NCBI GenBank assembly: GCA_964536485.1
Contig: CAZHXX010000001.1
Coordinates: 21,643-85,642, forward strand
Origin: an uncultured Candidatus Saccharibacteria bacterium
GTDB taxonomy: Bacteria; Patescibacteriota; Saccharimonadia; Saccharimonadales; SZUA-47
DNA length: 64,000 nucleotides
Direction: 5' to 3'
The notes beneath the pieces were generated by a model that saw nothing but the letters and a program-made list of their open reading frames with translations, did not search any database and was not told where the DNA came from. Of this stretch, positions 51,318 through 63,981 are shown in pieces. The position numbers and the translations under genes are program-made. Numbering within the stretch: the first letter of the stretch is position 1; every line of letters begins with the position of its first letter.

Positions 51318-52757
51318 ATGAAGCACACTGCGTCGCTCTTGTTCAGCTTTATCCTACTAGTGGGCGACTTTCTAGCGCTGGTTGGAGCGTTCACCCTCGC
51401 CTATATCGTTCGTGTAAAGCTCGACGACCGCCCTTTGCTAGAACCTCTTACGGCAGCTGGCTATATCGGCGTTATTGCAGTCCTACTGGTTTTCTGGCTT
51501 ATTATCCACGCTCTGCTTGGGCTCTATCGTTCGAATGTCTACGAAAACCGCTTTAAAGAGTTCTTTATGCTCTTTGTTGGGTCGTTTATCGGTATTCTAT
51601 TTTTAATTGGGAGCGAATACGTGCTCAATCGTGCGATCTTCCCTGCGCGACTCGTGACAGCCTATGGGTTCTTGTTTGCCTTTTTACTTACCCTTCTGTT
51701 TCGCACACTTGCTCGGGCAGTTCGAAGAATCCTCTTCCGCTATAACGTCGGTGTAAACAATGTCCTTATCGTTGGCTCTACAAATGTTACTTACGAACTA
51801 GCCGAGCGCCTGAGCCTTCCACAACTTGGCTATAAAGTTATCGGCATCGTAGGGGATAGGCGAGCCAAATACACACATATTCCTTCAGAGCTTCAGTTTA
51901 AAGATTTTGCTGGAGCAGCACAGAAAATCAAAATAAAAGATGTGCATAGTATTGTCCAAACTGAGCTTTTTGCCGAACAAGAAAGAAACGATGAGATACT
52001 TGCGTTTGCGCAGGAACATCATATTGCCTACCGTTTTGTGCCCGGAAATAGTACGCTTTTTGTCGGAAATATAGATGTTAGTCTTTTTGAAGGCATTCCA
52101 ACTATAGCAGTTCATCAAACGGCACTTATTGGCTGGGGGCGTGTTGTAAAGCGCTTGTTCGATTATGTCTTAAGTGCGCTATCACTTGTTGTTCTCAGCC
52201 CTATTTTTATTGCAATTATATGCTTAATGAAATTATCTGACCCAAAGAGTTCTGTATTCTTTAAGCAAAAACGGCTAACTCGCTTCAATCGTAAGTTTAC
52301 TATCTATAAGTTTCGCTCTCAGTACCAAAAATACGATGGCACAACGCCAGAAGAAGCTTTTACGAAAATGGGGTCACCGGAACTCATTAAGGAATATCGT
52401 GCTAACGGAGACTTTCTTGAAAATGACCCTCGAATTACACGGATAGGTAAGTTTCTTAGAGCAACAAGTCTTGATGAGCTCCCACAAATTTATAACGTAT
52501 TTAGAGGCGACATAAGTATAGTTGGTCCACGACCCCTTATCCCAGAAGAAATGGAAAAATTTTCTAAACACAATATTATCCTTAGTGTTAAGCCCGGCAT
52601 GACGGGCCTTGCAACTGTTTCAGGACGAAGAGATATCCCGTTTGAAGAACGTCGAAAAATTGATATGTTTTACGTGCAAAATTGGAGCTTTTGGCTTGAT
52701 ATAGTTATCATTCTTCGTACGTTTGTTATGGTACTAAGAAGAGATGGAGCTCGATAA
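51318..52757 (+). CDS. polyprenyl-phosphate hexose-1-phosphate transferase (WbaP/EpsB-type initiating sugar transferase)
   Basis: N-terminal TM helices and a Rossmann-like middle region. C-terminal bacterial sugar transferase domain (RATSLDELPQIYNVFRGDISIVGPRP...PGMTGLA). Confidence 0.9.
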   Translation: MKHTASLLFSFILLVGDFLALVGAFTLAYIVRVKLDDRPLLEPLTAAGYIGVIAVLLVFWLIIHALLGLYRSNVYENRFKEFFMLFVGSFIGILFLIGSEYVLNRAIFPARLVTAYGFLFAFLLTLLFRTLARAVRRILFRYNVGVNNVLIVGSTNVTYELAERLSLPQLGYKVIGIVGDRRAKYTHIPSELQFKDFAGAAQKIKIKDVHSIVQTELFAEQERNDEILAFAQEHHIAYRFVPGNSTLFVGNIDVSLFEGIPTIAVHQTALIGWGRVVKRLFDYVLSALSLVVLSPIFIAIICLMKLSDPKSSVFFKQKRLTRFNRKFTIYKFRSQYQKYDGTTPEEAFTKMGSPELIKEYRANGDFLENDPRITRIGKFLRATSLDELPQIYNVFRGDISIVGPRPLIPEEMEKFSKHNIILSVKPGMTGLATVSGRRDIPFEERRKIDMFYVQNWSFWLDIVIILRTFVMVLRRDGAR

Positions 52758-52781
52758 AAAGTGAGTTATAAGAATCAATAG

Positions 52782-53159
52782 ATGAAAGATGAGGCAGTAA
52801 AAACACTATTAAGATTCGAAGACGCCGAAGTCTGGAGATGTTCGATAAACCTATCGAAATCAATCTACAATCTCACAAGAACATTCCCATCAGCTGAACA
52901 GTTCGGGCTAACCTCACAGATAAAGCGAGCAGTTAACTCAGTTAGCGCTAACTTTGCTGAAGGCTTTGGTAGATACTCACGAAAAGATAAGCACCATTTT
53001 TATACCATTGCTTACGGTTCACTTCTTGAAACAAAGAATTTTCTATATTTAGCGAAAGAGTTAGAATTTTGTGAAGATGAATCAATATACCCGATTATTA
53101 GGGAAATTGAATCGGTACAGAAACAATTTAACGCCTTAATGAAAGTGCTCCGCACATGA
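52782..53159 (+). CDS. four-helix-bundle protein ('23S rRNA intervening-sequence protein' family)
   Basis: QIKRAVNSVSANFAEGFGRYSRKDKHHFYTIAYGSLLE is the hallmark string. Confidence 0.75.
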   Translation: MKDEAVKTLLRFEDAEVWRCSINLSKSIYNLTRTFPSAEQFGLTSQIKRAVNSVSANFAEGFGRYSRKDKHHFYTIAYGSLLETKNFLYLAKELEFCEDESIYPIIREIESVQKQFNALMKVLRT

Positions 53160-54289
53160 AAACTTTAAACCTCAACCCCCCTTCCTCAAACCTAAGCTAT
53201 AGCAATCAAAGAATTGCTATAGTTTGTGACTGGATAGATGCAGTAGGCGGCGCTGAACGCGTTATAAAAGCACTCCATGACATTTACCCCGATGCACCAA
53301 TTATCACTTCGACATGCGATGAAACAGCGCGCAAAACCCTATTTAAAGATGCAGATGTACGCACAGCGTGGTTCCAAAAACTTCCAAGATCTTTACGAAA
53401 ACGCCAACTACTTACCTTGCCTCGCCAATGGTATTTTGGACATATGAAATTGCGTGATTATGATGTAATTATTAGCGCCGGAAGCGCAGAGGCGAAAGCA
53501 GTACGCGCTGTAAATGGAAAACATATAAATATCTGCTACACCCCTACCTTATACTATTGGGTCAAGCCGGAAAACTATCTCAATAAATCGACCGACGGCG
53601 TGAATATTTTGTGGCGCACAGGCTTACGCTTGCTAATGCCTTATGCCAAAAAATGGGACTTAAAAGCCAGTAAACGACCTGACGTCATGCTAGCGATTTC
53701 AACTGCCGTGCAACAAAGAATAAAGAAGTATTATGGCAGGGATTCGCAGATACTTCATCCACCAGCAGACATTGAGCGGTTTATACACGACGGACGCGCG
53801 CCCCGCGAAGGTTTCGTTGTATTTGGAAGACAAGTTGCACACAAGCGAATAGACTTAGCGGTGCAGGCTTGCAATGAGATAGGCGCAAAGCTTGTCGTTA
53901 TTGGCAACGGCCCAGAACACGAACGATTAGAGCGAATGGCAGGTCCGACAATTACCTTCAAAACTCATGTTGCCGACAACGAGATGAAGGACCATCTCGC
54001 ACGCGCAGAAGCATTTATTTTTCCGAATGAAGAGGATTTCGGTATAGTGTCCGTGGAAGCACAGGCAACAGGGCTACCAGTAATTGCTTACCGTGCAGGT
54101 GGTGCACTCGACACTGTAAAGGAAGGTGTTACGGGAGAATTCTTTGACAAACAGACCATTGCTTCTCTCGCAGAAAAGCTAAAGACCTTTAACTACAAAC
54201 TCTACAACCGCCAAGCAATCATCGAAAACGCAAACCAGTTTTCATATCAGGTTTTTTCTGAAAAGATAAAAAAAGTGATAGAAGTATAG
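53156..54289 (+). CDS. GT4-family glycosyltransferase
   Basis: EX7E-type C-terminus (FPNEEDFGIVSVEAQATGLPVIAYRAGG). ATGA overlap with the upstream gene. Confidence 0.85.
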   Translation: MKTLNLNPPSSNLSYSNQRIAIVCDWIDAVGGAERVIKALHDIYPDAPIITSTCDETARKTLFKDADVRTAWFQKLPRSLRKRQLLTLPRQWYFGHMKLRDYDVIISAGSAEAKAVRAVNGKHINICYTPTLYYWVKPENYLNKSTDGVNILWRTGLRLLMPYAKKWDLKASKRPDVMLAISTAVQQRIKKYYGRDSQILHPPADIERFIHDGRAPREGFVVFGRQVAHKRIDLAVQACNEIGAKLVVIGNGPEHERLERMAGPTITFKTHVADNEMKDHLARAEAFIFPNEEDFGIVSVEAQATGLPVIAYRAGGALDTVKEGVTGEFFDKQTIASLAEKLKTFNYKLYNRQAIIENANQFSYQVFSEKIKKVIEV

Positions 54290-54310
54290 ATACTCAAAGC
54301 CTGTCTTGTT

Positions 54311-54766
54311 TCAGTCTTGAAAACCACTAGCCTGATTAATGCGTGTTGAAGAATCGCGCTTTTCAACTTCATGACTCCCGACACCAAAAACAGTCTGGAT
54401 ATTACAGTCAATGCATGACTGAGTTTCATTTTCGGGCAACGCGTGCTTAGATGGGTCTCGATCACCACCATTTGCAAAGATTAGTTGATCCTCTGGATAA
54501 AGTGCTCTGATCTTTCGCAACGTATTTGCTTGTCCAAGATCTTCATCTACAGAAAGAATGACTTCATCGACAAGCCTTAGCGACCTCATAAGCCTCATTC
54601 GATTTTCTTCATCAAGGATAATCTTGCCTTTTTTTAAAAGTTGGGCCTTATCATTATTTATGACAACAATGAGCTTGTCTCCAAGTGCGGCTGCGGCCTC
54701 AATCATGTCTAGATGCCCACCATGAAGGGGGTTAAAATATCCACTTACGATTACGATTTTCATCAT
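54311..54766 (-). CDS. cytidylyltransferase-like (HxGH) nucleotidyltransferase
   Basis: VSGYFNPLHGGHLDMI. Size and pattern match TagD/RfaE-domain-II-type enzymes. Substrate not determinable. Confidence 0.7.
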   Translation of the reverse strand: MMKIVIVSGYFNPLHGGHLDMIEAAAALGDKLIVVINNDKAQLLKKGKIILDEENRMRLMRSLRLVDEVILSVDEDLGQANTLRKIRALYPEDQLIFANGGDRDPSKHALPENETQSCIDCNIQTVFGVGSHEVEKRDSSTRINQASGFQD

Positions 54767-54813
54767 ACTATGGTATCAGAACGATATACTATTACATATA
54801 ACTAGGAGTCGCT

Positions 54814-56154
54814 ATGTCATCAATAAGTGAAATATTCAAAGCATACGATATACGTGGGCGTGTAGGAGATCAGCTTAATACGGCATTCGTTCATACTATT
54901 GGGCAAGCATTTGCAGACTGGTTGCCTGAAGAAGGTGCTATTGCGGTCGGGCACGACATGCGTCCTGACTCAGAAGAGCTCGCCAAGGCATTCATGGATG
55001 GCCTTCAGCAACAAGGGAGAGAAGTTTGGGACATAGGCCTAGTGACAAGTGACATGATTTACTTTGCAATTGGCAAGTGGGATCTAGCAGGAGGCGCAGT
55101 TATTACTGCAAGTCACAATCCAGGTGCTGATAATGGTATAAAACTTTACCGCGATAAAGTGACACCTGTTGGTTTGGATAGTGGGCTGGACGAGATACGG
55201 GACAGGGCACTATCGGGTGAGCCCTTTTTAGCCACACAACATGGTTCTTCAACAAAAAAAAGCATCACACAAGAGTGGGTTGAGCACTGTCTTACTTTCA
55301 TCGAAAACCTAAAACCTTTTAGCATAGCAATAGACGCAGGAAATGGTATGGCTGGAGCAATTCTACCTGAGATTCTTCCGCTCCTGCCTATAAAAGCTGA
55401 GTGCCTGTACTTTGACCTTGATGGCACCTTTCCAAACCACGAAGCTAACCCACAAAAACCAGAGAATCTTCAAGATCTTGCAAAGGTTGTCGTAGATAAT
55501 AAACTTGATTTTGGAATTGCATTTGATGGCGATGGGGACAGGGCTGGCTTCGTGGATGACAAAGGACGACCAGTCCTTGGTACTGATTTGCTTACTCTAG
55601 TATCAAAATTATACTTAGGCAAAAACGGTGGAAGAGGCGAAATTGTCCATGACGTACGTACAAGTCGAGCAACACAAGAATATATTCGTGAATGGGGCGG
55701 TACACCTTACAGAACAAAGGCTGGCAGAGTTAATATTGGTGCGGTGATGCGAGAAAGACAAGCCATTTTCGGAGGCGAAACTACAGGGCACCTATTTTTC
55801 AAAGAAAATTTTGATGCGGACTCAGGTTTAATCGCAGCTTTAGTAGCAATGCAAGCTCTATCAAATGAAGAAGAGAAGCTATCGGTTCTTATCGATAAGT
55901 ACCGAAAATACAGTATGAATCCTGAGAAAAACTTTAAGACTGACAGAAAAAAAGAGGAAGTCTTTGAATCTATAAAAGATGCATTCCCTGATGGAGAGCT
56001 TGATATGTTAGACGGTCTAACCATAAACTACCCTACATTCTGGTTTAATCTAAGAGCAAGCAACACAGAACCTCTTATGAGACTAAATGCCGAAGCAAAA
56101 AGTGAAGCTGAACTTGCCTCGATCATAGACAAAATTACAGAAGTTATAGAGTAA
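54814..56154 (+). CDS. phosphomannomutase/phosphoglucomutase
   Basis: Active-site TASHNPGADNGIK, metal loop FDGDGDR, AGGAG SD upstream. Confidence 0.9.
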   Translation: MSSISEIFKAYDIRGRVGDQLNTAFVHTIGQAFADWLPEEGAIAVGHDMRPDSEELAKAFMDGLQQQGREVWDIGLVTSDMIYFAIGKWDLAGGAVITASHNPGADNGIKLYRDKVTPVGLDSGLDEIRDRALSGEPFLATQHGSSTKKSITQEWVEHCLTFIENLKPFSIAIDAGNGMAGAILPEILPLLPIKAECLYFDLDGTFPNHEANPQKPENLQDLAKVVVDNKLDFGIAFDGDGDRAGFVDDKGRPVLGTDLLTLVSKLYLGKNGGRGEIVHDVRTSRATQEYIREWGGTPYRTKAGRVNIGAVMRERQAIFGGETTGHLFFKENFDADSGLIAALVAMQALSNEEEKLSVLIDKYRKYSMNPEKNFKTDRKKEEVFESIKDAFPDGELDMLDGLTINYPTFWFNLRASNTEPLMRLNAEAKSEAELASIIDKITEVIE

Positions 56155-56223
56155 CATACGTTGTAATTATTTCTTCATACATAGAATGATGATTTCACAA
56201 TGATTAATCAGTGCCGAAAGTTA

Positions 56224-57779
<1,556 letters not shown>

Positions 57780-57781
57780 AT

Positions 57782-58633
57782 ATGGACGATTCAAAAATAT
57801 TTATAATCGGAGCAAAGGGTCAGCTTGGTCTCGCACTTCAAAAACAATATCCCAACGCACAGTGGGCCGATATCGACGAGCTTGACATCACTAACCGTGA
57901 GTCAGTCATGTCTTTTGACTGGTCGAACATCGAATATATCTTGAACGCTGCAGCTTTTACTAATGTTGATGGTGCTGAGACTCCAGAGGGGCGAAGTGTC
58001 GCCTGGAAAGTAAATGCAACAGCAGTTGCTTACCTTGCTGAGATTGCACAAAAAAATGACTGCACGCTTTTGCATGTTTCAACCGACTACGTTTTTGACG
58101 GAACGGCGAAGACACACACCGAGTCAGAAGATTTTTCTCCCCTGTCAGTCTACGGAGCTTCTAAGGCTGCTGGAGATATAGCAGTGTCTCTCACCACAAA
58201 GCACTATATTTTACGCACAAGCTGGGTAATCGGCGAAGGCAAAAACTTTGTACGAACCATGTTAGGTCTTGCCGAAAAGAACATCTCTCCAACTGTCGTA
58301 AGCGACCAAATAGGGCGTCTCACTTTTACCTCAGAGCTTGTTCGAGCAATCGATCATCTCTTACAAACTACTGCTCCTTATGGAACCTACAACCTAAGCA
58401 ACCAAGGTGATTCGGTAAGTTGGGCAGATATTACGCGTGAGATATTTAAACAAGCCGGACGAGAAGATTTAACAGTTACTGACATAACTACAGCGGAATA
58501 CTATAAAAATAAAGAGGGTATCGCCCCTCGTCCGTTACAGAGTACTCTATCGCTCGAAAAAATTAGTGCAACAGGTTTTAAGAGCAACGACTGGCGAGAA
58601 GAATTGCGCAAATACATTACAGCCATTAATTAA
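57782..58633 (+). CDS. rfbD: dTDP-4-dehydrorhamnose reductase
   Basis: IIGAKGQLG, NAAAFTNVD, VSTDYVFDG, YGASKAAGD. Confidence 0.9.
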   Translation: MDDSKIFIIGAKGQLGLALQKQYPNAQWADIDELDITNRESVMSFDWSNIEYILNAAAFTNVDGAETPEGRSVAWKVNATAVAYLAEIAQKNDCTLLHVSTDYVFDGTAKTHTESEDFSPLSVYGASKAAGDIAVSLTTKHYILRTSWVIGEGKNFVRTMLGLAEKNISPTVVSDQIGRLTFTSELVRAIDHLLQTTAPYGTYNLSNQGDSVSWADITREIFKQAGREDLTVTDITTAEYYKNKEGIAPRPLQSTLSLEKISATGFKSNDWREELRKYITAIN

Positions 58634-58658
58634 CCATCCAGCAAACTACTGGCGTTGT

Positions 58659-59180
58659 CTAAAATACGTCCCAGGCCTTTAGGGCAAGGTAATACACACC
58701 TGGCCATGCGAAATCTTCTATTCTTAGCTCGCTCTTTTTAAACGCTCTAATCTCAACTATATCGTCGCTGGGAGTCATCAGGTTCGGTTCATCAATCTTA
58801 GTTGCAAAGTATGCAGAACTAACTGGGTACTTATCTCCTTGCCAGTCGTAAAGCTCGATATTACTACCAATATAGACCAAATCATCCTTATCTATATTCC
58901 TAAAACCAGTCTCTTCTTCAAGCTCTCTCACGACCGCATCCTCTAGCGTTTCATCCGTGTCTAAAAAACCTCCAAAAACATCAAGCTTACCAATCCGAGG
59001 TTCTTTTCCTCTAACAGAGAGATATATCCTCTTTCCATCGCCGATTCCTGATACCACGAAGGTGCCTGCCGAGGTTTTTGGACATACATAATGTACCTTT
59101 TTGCAGCCTGTGCAAACATATCTGTCCTTAGATGTAAAAAGCAACGGTGCACCGCACCAAAGGCAGAACTGACAATTCAT
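58659..59180 (-). CDS. Nudix hydrolase with N-terminal zinc ribbon
   Basis: CQFCLWCG...CTGCK, then the Nudix box GGFLDTDETLEDAVVRELEEETG. Confidence 0.8.
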   Translation of the reverse strand: MNCQFCLWCGAPLLFTSKDRYVCTGCKKVHYVCPKTSAGTFVVSGIGDGKRIYLSVRGKEPRIGKLDVFGGFLDTDETLEDAVVRELEEETGFRNIDKDDLVYIGSNIELYDWQGDKYPVSSAYFATKIDEPNLMTPSDDIVEIRAFKKSELRIEDFAWPGVYYLALKAWDVF

Positions 59181-59263
59181 AGTACTGTATAATACAATAA
59201 AAGACAGAAAAAATCATAACAAAATATTTTTTTGATTTAGCAACATTCGTTTGAAGGAGTTTT

Positions 59264-60130
59264 ATGAAGGGCATTATATTAGCAGGTGGGTCAGGAACAA
59301 GATTGTATCCTATTACCAAAGGCATTTCTAAACAACTTATGCCTATCTATGATAAACCTATGATTTACTATCCGTTGAGCACCCTTATGCAAGCTGGCAT
59401 TAAAGATATTCTTATTATTACTACGCCACACGACCAGGAACAATTTAAAAGACTTCTGGGAGACGGGAGTGGCTTCGGCGTCTCACTGAGCTACGAAGTA
59501 CAGCCTGACCCGGGTGGGCTCGCGCAAGCATACATAATTGGTGCAGATTTTATTGGCAACGATAAAGTTGCCATGATTCTCGGCGATAACCTCTTTCACG
59601 GAACAAGCATGGGTGAAAAACTTAAAGAATACACCGACGTCGATGGTGCCGTTGGATTTGCAGCACAAGTTCAAGATCCGGAAAGATACGGCGTCTACGA
59701 GTTTGACGAAAACATGAAAGTTATGAGCATCGAGGAAAAGCCAAAACATCCCAAATCTAACTACGCAAATGCTGGGTTGTATTTTACTGACAATGATGTC
59801 GTGGAGATTGCAAAAAATGTACAACCTAGCGAAAGAGGTGAAGTAGAAATTACCTCAGTACTTGACGAATATCTGCAAAGGGGCAAGCTTAAAGTTTCAC
59901 TACTTGATCAAGGAACCGCTTGGCTTGATACCGGTACTTTCACCTCAATGAATGATGCAAGTGAATACATACGTGTCATTGAAGCTCGTACAGGCATTAA
60001 GATTGGTTGCCCAGAAGAGATTGCCTATGAGCAGGGCTTCATATCTAAACAACAGCTTATCGAAATCGCTGAGCCCTTAAGAAAATCAGGCTACGGCGAA
60101 TACCTTATAAGGATCGCTGATCAAAGATGA
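59264..60130 (+). CDS. rfbA: glucose-1-phosphate thymidylyltransferase
   Basis: MKGIILAGGSGTRLYPIT...KQLMPIYDKPMIYYPLS. AAGGAG SD upstream. Confidence 0.92.
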   Translation: MKGIILAGGSGTRLYPITKGISKQLMPIYDKPMIYYPLSTLMQAGIKDILIITTPHDQEQFKRLLGDGSGFGVSLSYEVQPDPGGLAQAYIIGADFIGNDKVAMILGDNLFHGTSMGEKLKEYTDVDGAVGFAAQVQDPERYGVYEFDENMKVMSIEEKPKHPKSNYANAGLYFTDNDVVEIAKNVQPSERGEVEITSVLDEYLQRGKLKVSLLDQGTAWLDTGTFTSMNDASEYIRVIEARTGIKIGCPEEIAYEQGFISKQQLIEIAEPLRKSGYGEYLIRIADQR

Positions 60131-60549
60131 AAAAACGCATTGAACACCTCTCAAAAAAAAGTGTTGAACTCGTTAAAGAACAGAGTTTTCAACGTTATTT
60201 ATTTGTCGGCGTTTCAACCGTCTTCATAGATGTTGCGCTTTTAGCGCTTCTACGAGAACGTTTCAAAGGTGGCCTACTTTCGGCCGTATCGCTCGCTTAT
60301 TGGTCATCTATAGTCTATAACTTCTTTTTGAACCGACACTGGACTTTTGAAGCCCAGAAAGGCATGGTCCCTAAACAGATTGCACAATATGGAATTCTAC
60401 TTTTTTGCAATTACATCGTCACGTTGCTTATTGTCTCGGGAGTTGAATCAATGGGTATCAGTGAGTACATAGGAAAAATGCTTGCACTTGGCGTCACAAT
60501 AAGCTGGACATACTTCATCTACAAGAAGATTGTTTTCACTACTGACTAG
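60127..60549 (+). CDS. GtrA-family membrane protein (second copy)
   Basis: FQRYLFVGVSTVFIDVALL...NRHWTF. ATGA overlap with rfbA. Confidence 0.75.
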   Translation: MKKRIEHLSKKSVELVKEQSFQRYLFVGVSTVFIDVALLALLRERFKGGLLSAVSLAYWSSIVYNFFLNRHWTFEAQKGMVPKQIAQYGILLFCNYIVTLLIVSGVESMGISEYIGKMLALGVTISWTYFIYKKIVFTTD

Positions 60550-60562
60550 ATATAAATTCCAC

Positions 60563-61501
60563 CTACTTGCTTCTAAAGTACTCAGTCGTCTTCTCTAATC
60601 CCGTCTTCAATGCAATTTTTGGCTCCCAGCCAAGCGCACTTTTTGCCTTGGTAATATCTGGCTTTCGTTGCGTTGGGTCGTCACCAGGCAGAGGAGCATA
60701 CACTATTTTGGAAGCACTTGGTATCATTTCTTGTACTATTGTTGCTAGCTCTTTTATCGTAAATTCTGTTGGGTTGCCAAGATTAATAGGCCCTTCTTCT
60801 TGAGAGTTAATGAGCAGAATAATTGCTTCTACTAAATCATCAACATAACAAAAACTACGCGTCTGACTTCCGTCTCCATAGATGGTAATATCTCTTCCTT
60901 CTATGGCTTGATTGATAAAGTTCGACACGACTCTGCCATCATTCTTATCCATACGTGGACCGTACGTATTAAAGAATCGTGCCACTACCGTATCTACTTT
61001 ATATGTGTTCTTATAGACATAGATGAGAGCTTCAGCATAACGCTTTGCCTCGTCATACATGCTCCTTGGGCCGTAACAATTAACGCTACCCTTGTATTCT
61101 TCTGTTTGTGGATGAACCTCTGGGTCGCCATATACCTCGCTCGTAGATGCTTGGAAAAATCGAGCATTATCTCGTTTTGCTAGTTCGAGAAGGTTCTTTG
61201 TCCCTATGGAGCCCGCTTCAAGTGTCTCTACAGCAAGTCGTTGATAGTGTGGTGGACTAGCTGGCGATGCCATATTGATAACTACTGCATATTTTTTTTG
61301 TAAGATTGTTTCGGGCAAGGACGAAACTATGTCTGCCTCTACAAAATGGAATCCTTTAGTTCCTTCAAGGTGAGCAATATTTTCTCTTGAACCTGTTGAA
61401 AGATTGTCTATACACACGACTTCATGAGTCTTTATATAGCTATCACACAGATGAGAGCCCAGAAAGCCTGCACCACCGGCAATTAACACTACTTCTTTCA
61501 T
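60563..61501 (-). CDS. UDP-glucuronate decarboxylase (UDP-xylose synthase)-like SDR
   Basis: IAGGAGFLGSHL, STSEVYGDP and YDEAKR motifs. Overlaps ugd by 4 nt. Confidence 0.85.
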   Translation of the reverse strand: MKEVVLIAGGAGFLGSHLCDSYIKTHEVVCIDNLSTGSRENIAHLEGTKGFHFVEADIVSSLPETILQKKYAVVINMASPASPPHYQRLAVETLEAGSIGTKNLLELAKRDNARFFQASTSEVYGDPEVHPQTEEYKGSVNCYGPRSMYDEAKRYAEALIYVYKNTYKVDTVVARFFNTYGPRMDKNDGRVVSNFINQAIEGRDITIYGDGSQTRSFCYVDDLVEAIILLINSQEEGPINLGNPTEFTIKELATIVQEMIPSASKIVYAPLPGDDPTQRKPDITKAKSALGWEPKIALKTGLEKTTEYFRSK

Positions 61502-62817
61502 GGTCGTACGGTCCGTCTACCAACACTAAAGTACTCAAAGCCGTGCTCATTCATCGTTCCAAGGTCATAAAGATTGCGCCCATCAAAAACAGTCGCTCCT
61601 GCCATGAGCTTTTTCATTTTAATAAAATCTGGGTTTTTAAAGGTATTCCACTCGGTAGCGATAATCAAAATTTCTGCTTCCTTTAGTGCATCATACTGAT
61701 TATCTGCAAAGAAGAGATTTTTTTCATCAGGAAAATACTTTTTAACATTTTCGCTCGCCTCGGGGTCATAAGCAGCAATTATTGCACCTTCGCGTAACAG
61801 TCCTGCGATAATCTCTAATGAAGGCGCCTCTCTTATGTCATCGGTCTCCGCTTTAAATGCGAGACCCCAGAGAGCGATTTTTCTCCCCTCAATTTTGCCG
61901 TCAAAATACTCTTCAACTTTATTGAGTATTCGACGTTTCTGGAAGTTATTAACATCGGTTACTGCATCAAGAATCTTAAAATCGTAGTCATTTTCCATAG
62001 CTGTTCTATGGAGCGCCATGACATCCTTTGGAAAACAACTTCCGCCATATCCAATTCCCGGGTAGAGAAACTTCTTGCCAATCCTTGTATCAGAACCGAT
62101 ACCAAGCCGAACATTATCAACATCTGCCCCAACAAGCTCACACAAGTTAGCTACTTCGTTCATAAAAGAAATTTTTGTGGCGAGAAATGCATTAGCTGCA
62201 TACTTTGTCATCTCTGCAGACTTCTCGTCCATTAAAAACATTTCACTCCCTTTAGAAGTGAGTGGCTCATAAAGTCGCAACATAATATCGCGTGCTCGCG
62301 CACGCTTAGTTCCTATAACAATTCTGTCTGGGTTCATGAAGTCTGCAACTGCAAAACCTTCCTTCAAAAACTCCGGGTTCGAAACAACGTCAAATTCTAT
62401 TTTTGAATTCTCAAGGACTGCATTTCTTACTTTATCTGCGGTTCCGACAGGCACCGTACTTTTGTTTACAACTACTGCATAGTGATCTAGCTTCTTTCCT
62501 AAGTCTTCTGCAACCCCCAAGATGTATTTCAGATCTGCAGAACCATCTTCAGCGGGGGGAGTCGGCAAAGCCAAAAAAATTACCTCTGCCTCGTTGATAC
62601 CTTCCTTCAGACTCGTAGTAAAACTTAGGCGTTTTTCTTCAATATTCTTCTTAAACAGCTCTTCTAAACCTGGCTCGTAGATGGGGACTTTGCCAGCCTT
62701 CATACGCTCAATTTTTTTCTCGTCTATGTCGACGCAGGTGACAGTGTTCCCCATTTCTGCAAAACACGTGCCACTCACAAGACCTACATATCCAGTACCA
62801 ACTACAGCTACTTTCAT
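61498..62817 (-). CDS. ugd: UDP-glucose 6-dehydrogenase
   Basis: VVGTGYVGLV, GGSCFPKD (catalytic Cys), GLAFKAETDDIREAP. Confidence 0.9.
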   Translation of the reverse strand: MKVAVVGTGYVGLVSGTCFAEMGNTVTCVDIDEKKIERMKAGKVPIYEPGLEELFKKNIEEKRLSFTTSLKEGINEAEVIFLALPTPPAEDGSADLKYILGVAEDLGKKLDHYAVVVNKSTVPVGTADKVRNAVLENSKIEFDVVSNPEFLKEGFAVADFMNPDRIVIGTKRARARDIMLRLYEPLTSKGSEMFLMDEKSAEMTKYAANAFLATKISFMNEVANLCELVGADVDNVRLGIGSDTRIGKKFLYPGIGYGGSCFPKDVMALHRTAMENDYDFKILDAVTDVNNFQKRRILNKVEEYFDGKIEGRKIALWGLAFKAETDDIREAPSLEIIAGLLREGAIIAAYDPEASENVKKYFPDEKNLFFADNQYDALKEAEILIIATEWNTFKNPDFIKMKKLMAGATVFDGRNLYDLGTMNEHGFEYFSVGRRTVRP

Positions 62818-62919
62818 AATAGCTAAAATTTTAACAGGCAGGAGGATATTTTTGAAATTTTATCTCATTGACGAGTGCTTATAACAAAACATATAGTAGT
62901 AGCAAAGGGAGTATTAATC

Positions 62920-63981
62920 ATGAAAGCACTAGTTACCGGTTCAGGTGGTCTTATTGGATCAGAAGCCGCCAAGTTTTTTGCAGATAAAGGTTTCGACATT
63001 GTTGGTATTGATAATAATATGCGTAGTTATTTCTTTGGAGAAGAGGCAAGCACTGAATGGAACCGAAAAAAAGTAGAAGACCAGCTGAAAGGAAAATACA
63101 CTCACTACCAAGCTGATATTCGTGACGACGCTGCAATTGAAAAGATTTTTAAAGAACACAAATTTGATCTTATTATCCACACTGCTGCACAGCCGTCACA
63201 CGACTGGGCTGCGAAAGAACCTTACACTGACTTTAGTGTTAACGCTACGGGTACTTTGGTTATGCTTGAAAACATGCGTAAACACTGTCCAGAAGCGGTA
63301 TTTATTTTTACAAGCACGAATAAGGTTTATGGCGACACCCCCAACACATTACCATTGATAGAAAAGGAGAAACGCTGGGAATTGCCAGAAGACCACAAAT
63401 TCCATATTGGTATTGATGAATCTATGAGCATAGACCAGACAAAGCACTCAATCTTTGGAGCTTCAAAAGTTGCCGCAGACGTAATGGTCCAGGAATATGG
63501 ACGTTACTTTGGCTTTAAAACAGCTGTATTCCGCGGTGGATGCTTAACCGGCCCTTCACACTCTGGCGCTGAACTCCATGGCTTTTTAGCTTACCTCATC
63601 AAGTGTATCTACTCGGGCAAGAAATACACCATCTTTGGATATAAAGGTAAACAAGTACGAGACAACATTCACTCACACGACCTCGTAAATGCATTCTGGC
63701 ATTTCTACCAAAACCCTCGCTCAGGAGAAGTTTACAATATCGGTGGAGCTCGTAACTCAAACATATCAATGCTAGAAGCCATCGACGCTATAGAGAAACG
63801 ACTTGGCAAAAAAGCAAATTACGAGCTAGGGACCGAAAACAGAATTGGAGACCACATCTGGTACATTTCAGACGTCTCTAAATTTAAATCACACTACCCA
63901 GAATGGGATTTTGAATATGATATTGATGCCATTCTTGATGAGATGTGCGCCGCAGTTCAAAAGGGTACAAATGGAGTTTAA
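62920..63981 (+). CDS. NAD-dependent sugar epimerase/dehydratase (CDP-paratose-2-epimerase-like)
   Basis: I moved the start to [14 protein letters not shown] (GGGAG SD upstream). [10 protein letters not shown] and FGASKVAAD motifs. Confidence 0.8.
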   Translation: MKALVTGSGGLIGSEAAKFFADKGFDIVGIDNNMRSYFFGEEASTEWNRKKVEDQLKGKYTHYQADIRDDAAIEKIFKEHKFDLIIHTAAQPSHDWAAKEPYTDFSVNATGTLVMLENMRKHCPEAVFIFTSTNKVYGDTPNTLPLIEKEKRWELPEDHKFHIGIDESMSIDQTKHSIFGASKVAADVMVQEYGRYFGFKTAVFRGGCLTGPSHSGAELHGFLAYLIKCIYSGKKYTIFGYKGKQVRDNIHSHDLVNAFWHFYQNPRSGEVYNIGGARNSNISMLEAIDAIEKRLGKKANYELGTENRIGDHIWYISDVSKFKSHYPEWDFEYDIDAILDEMCAAVQKGTNGV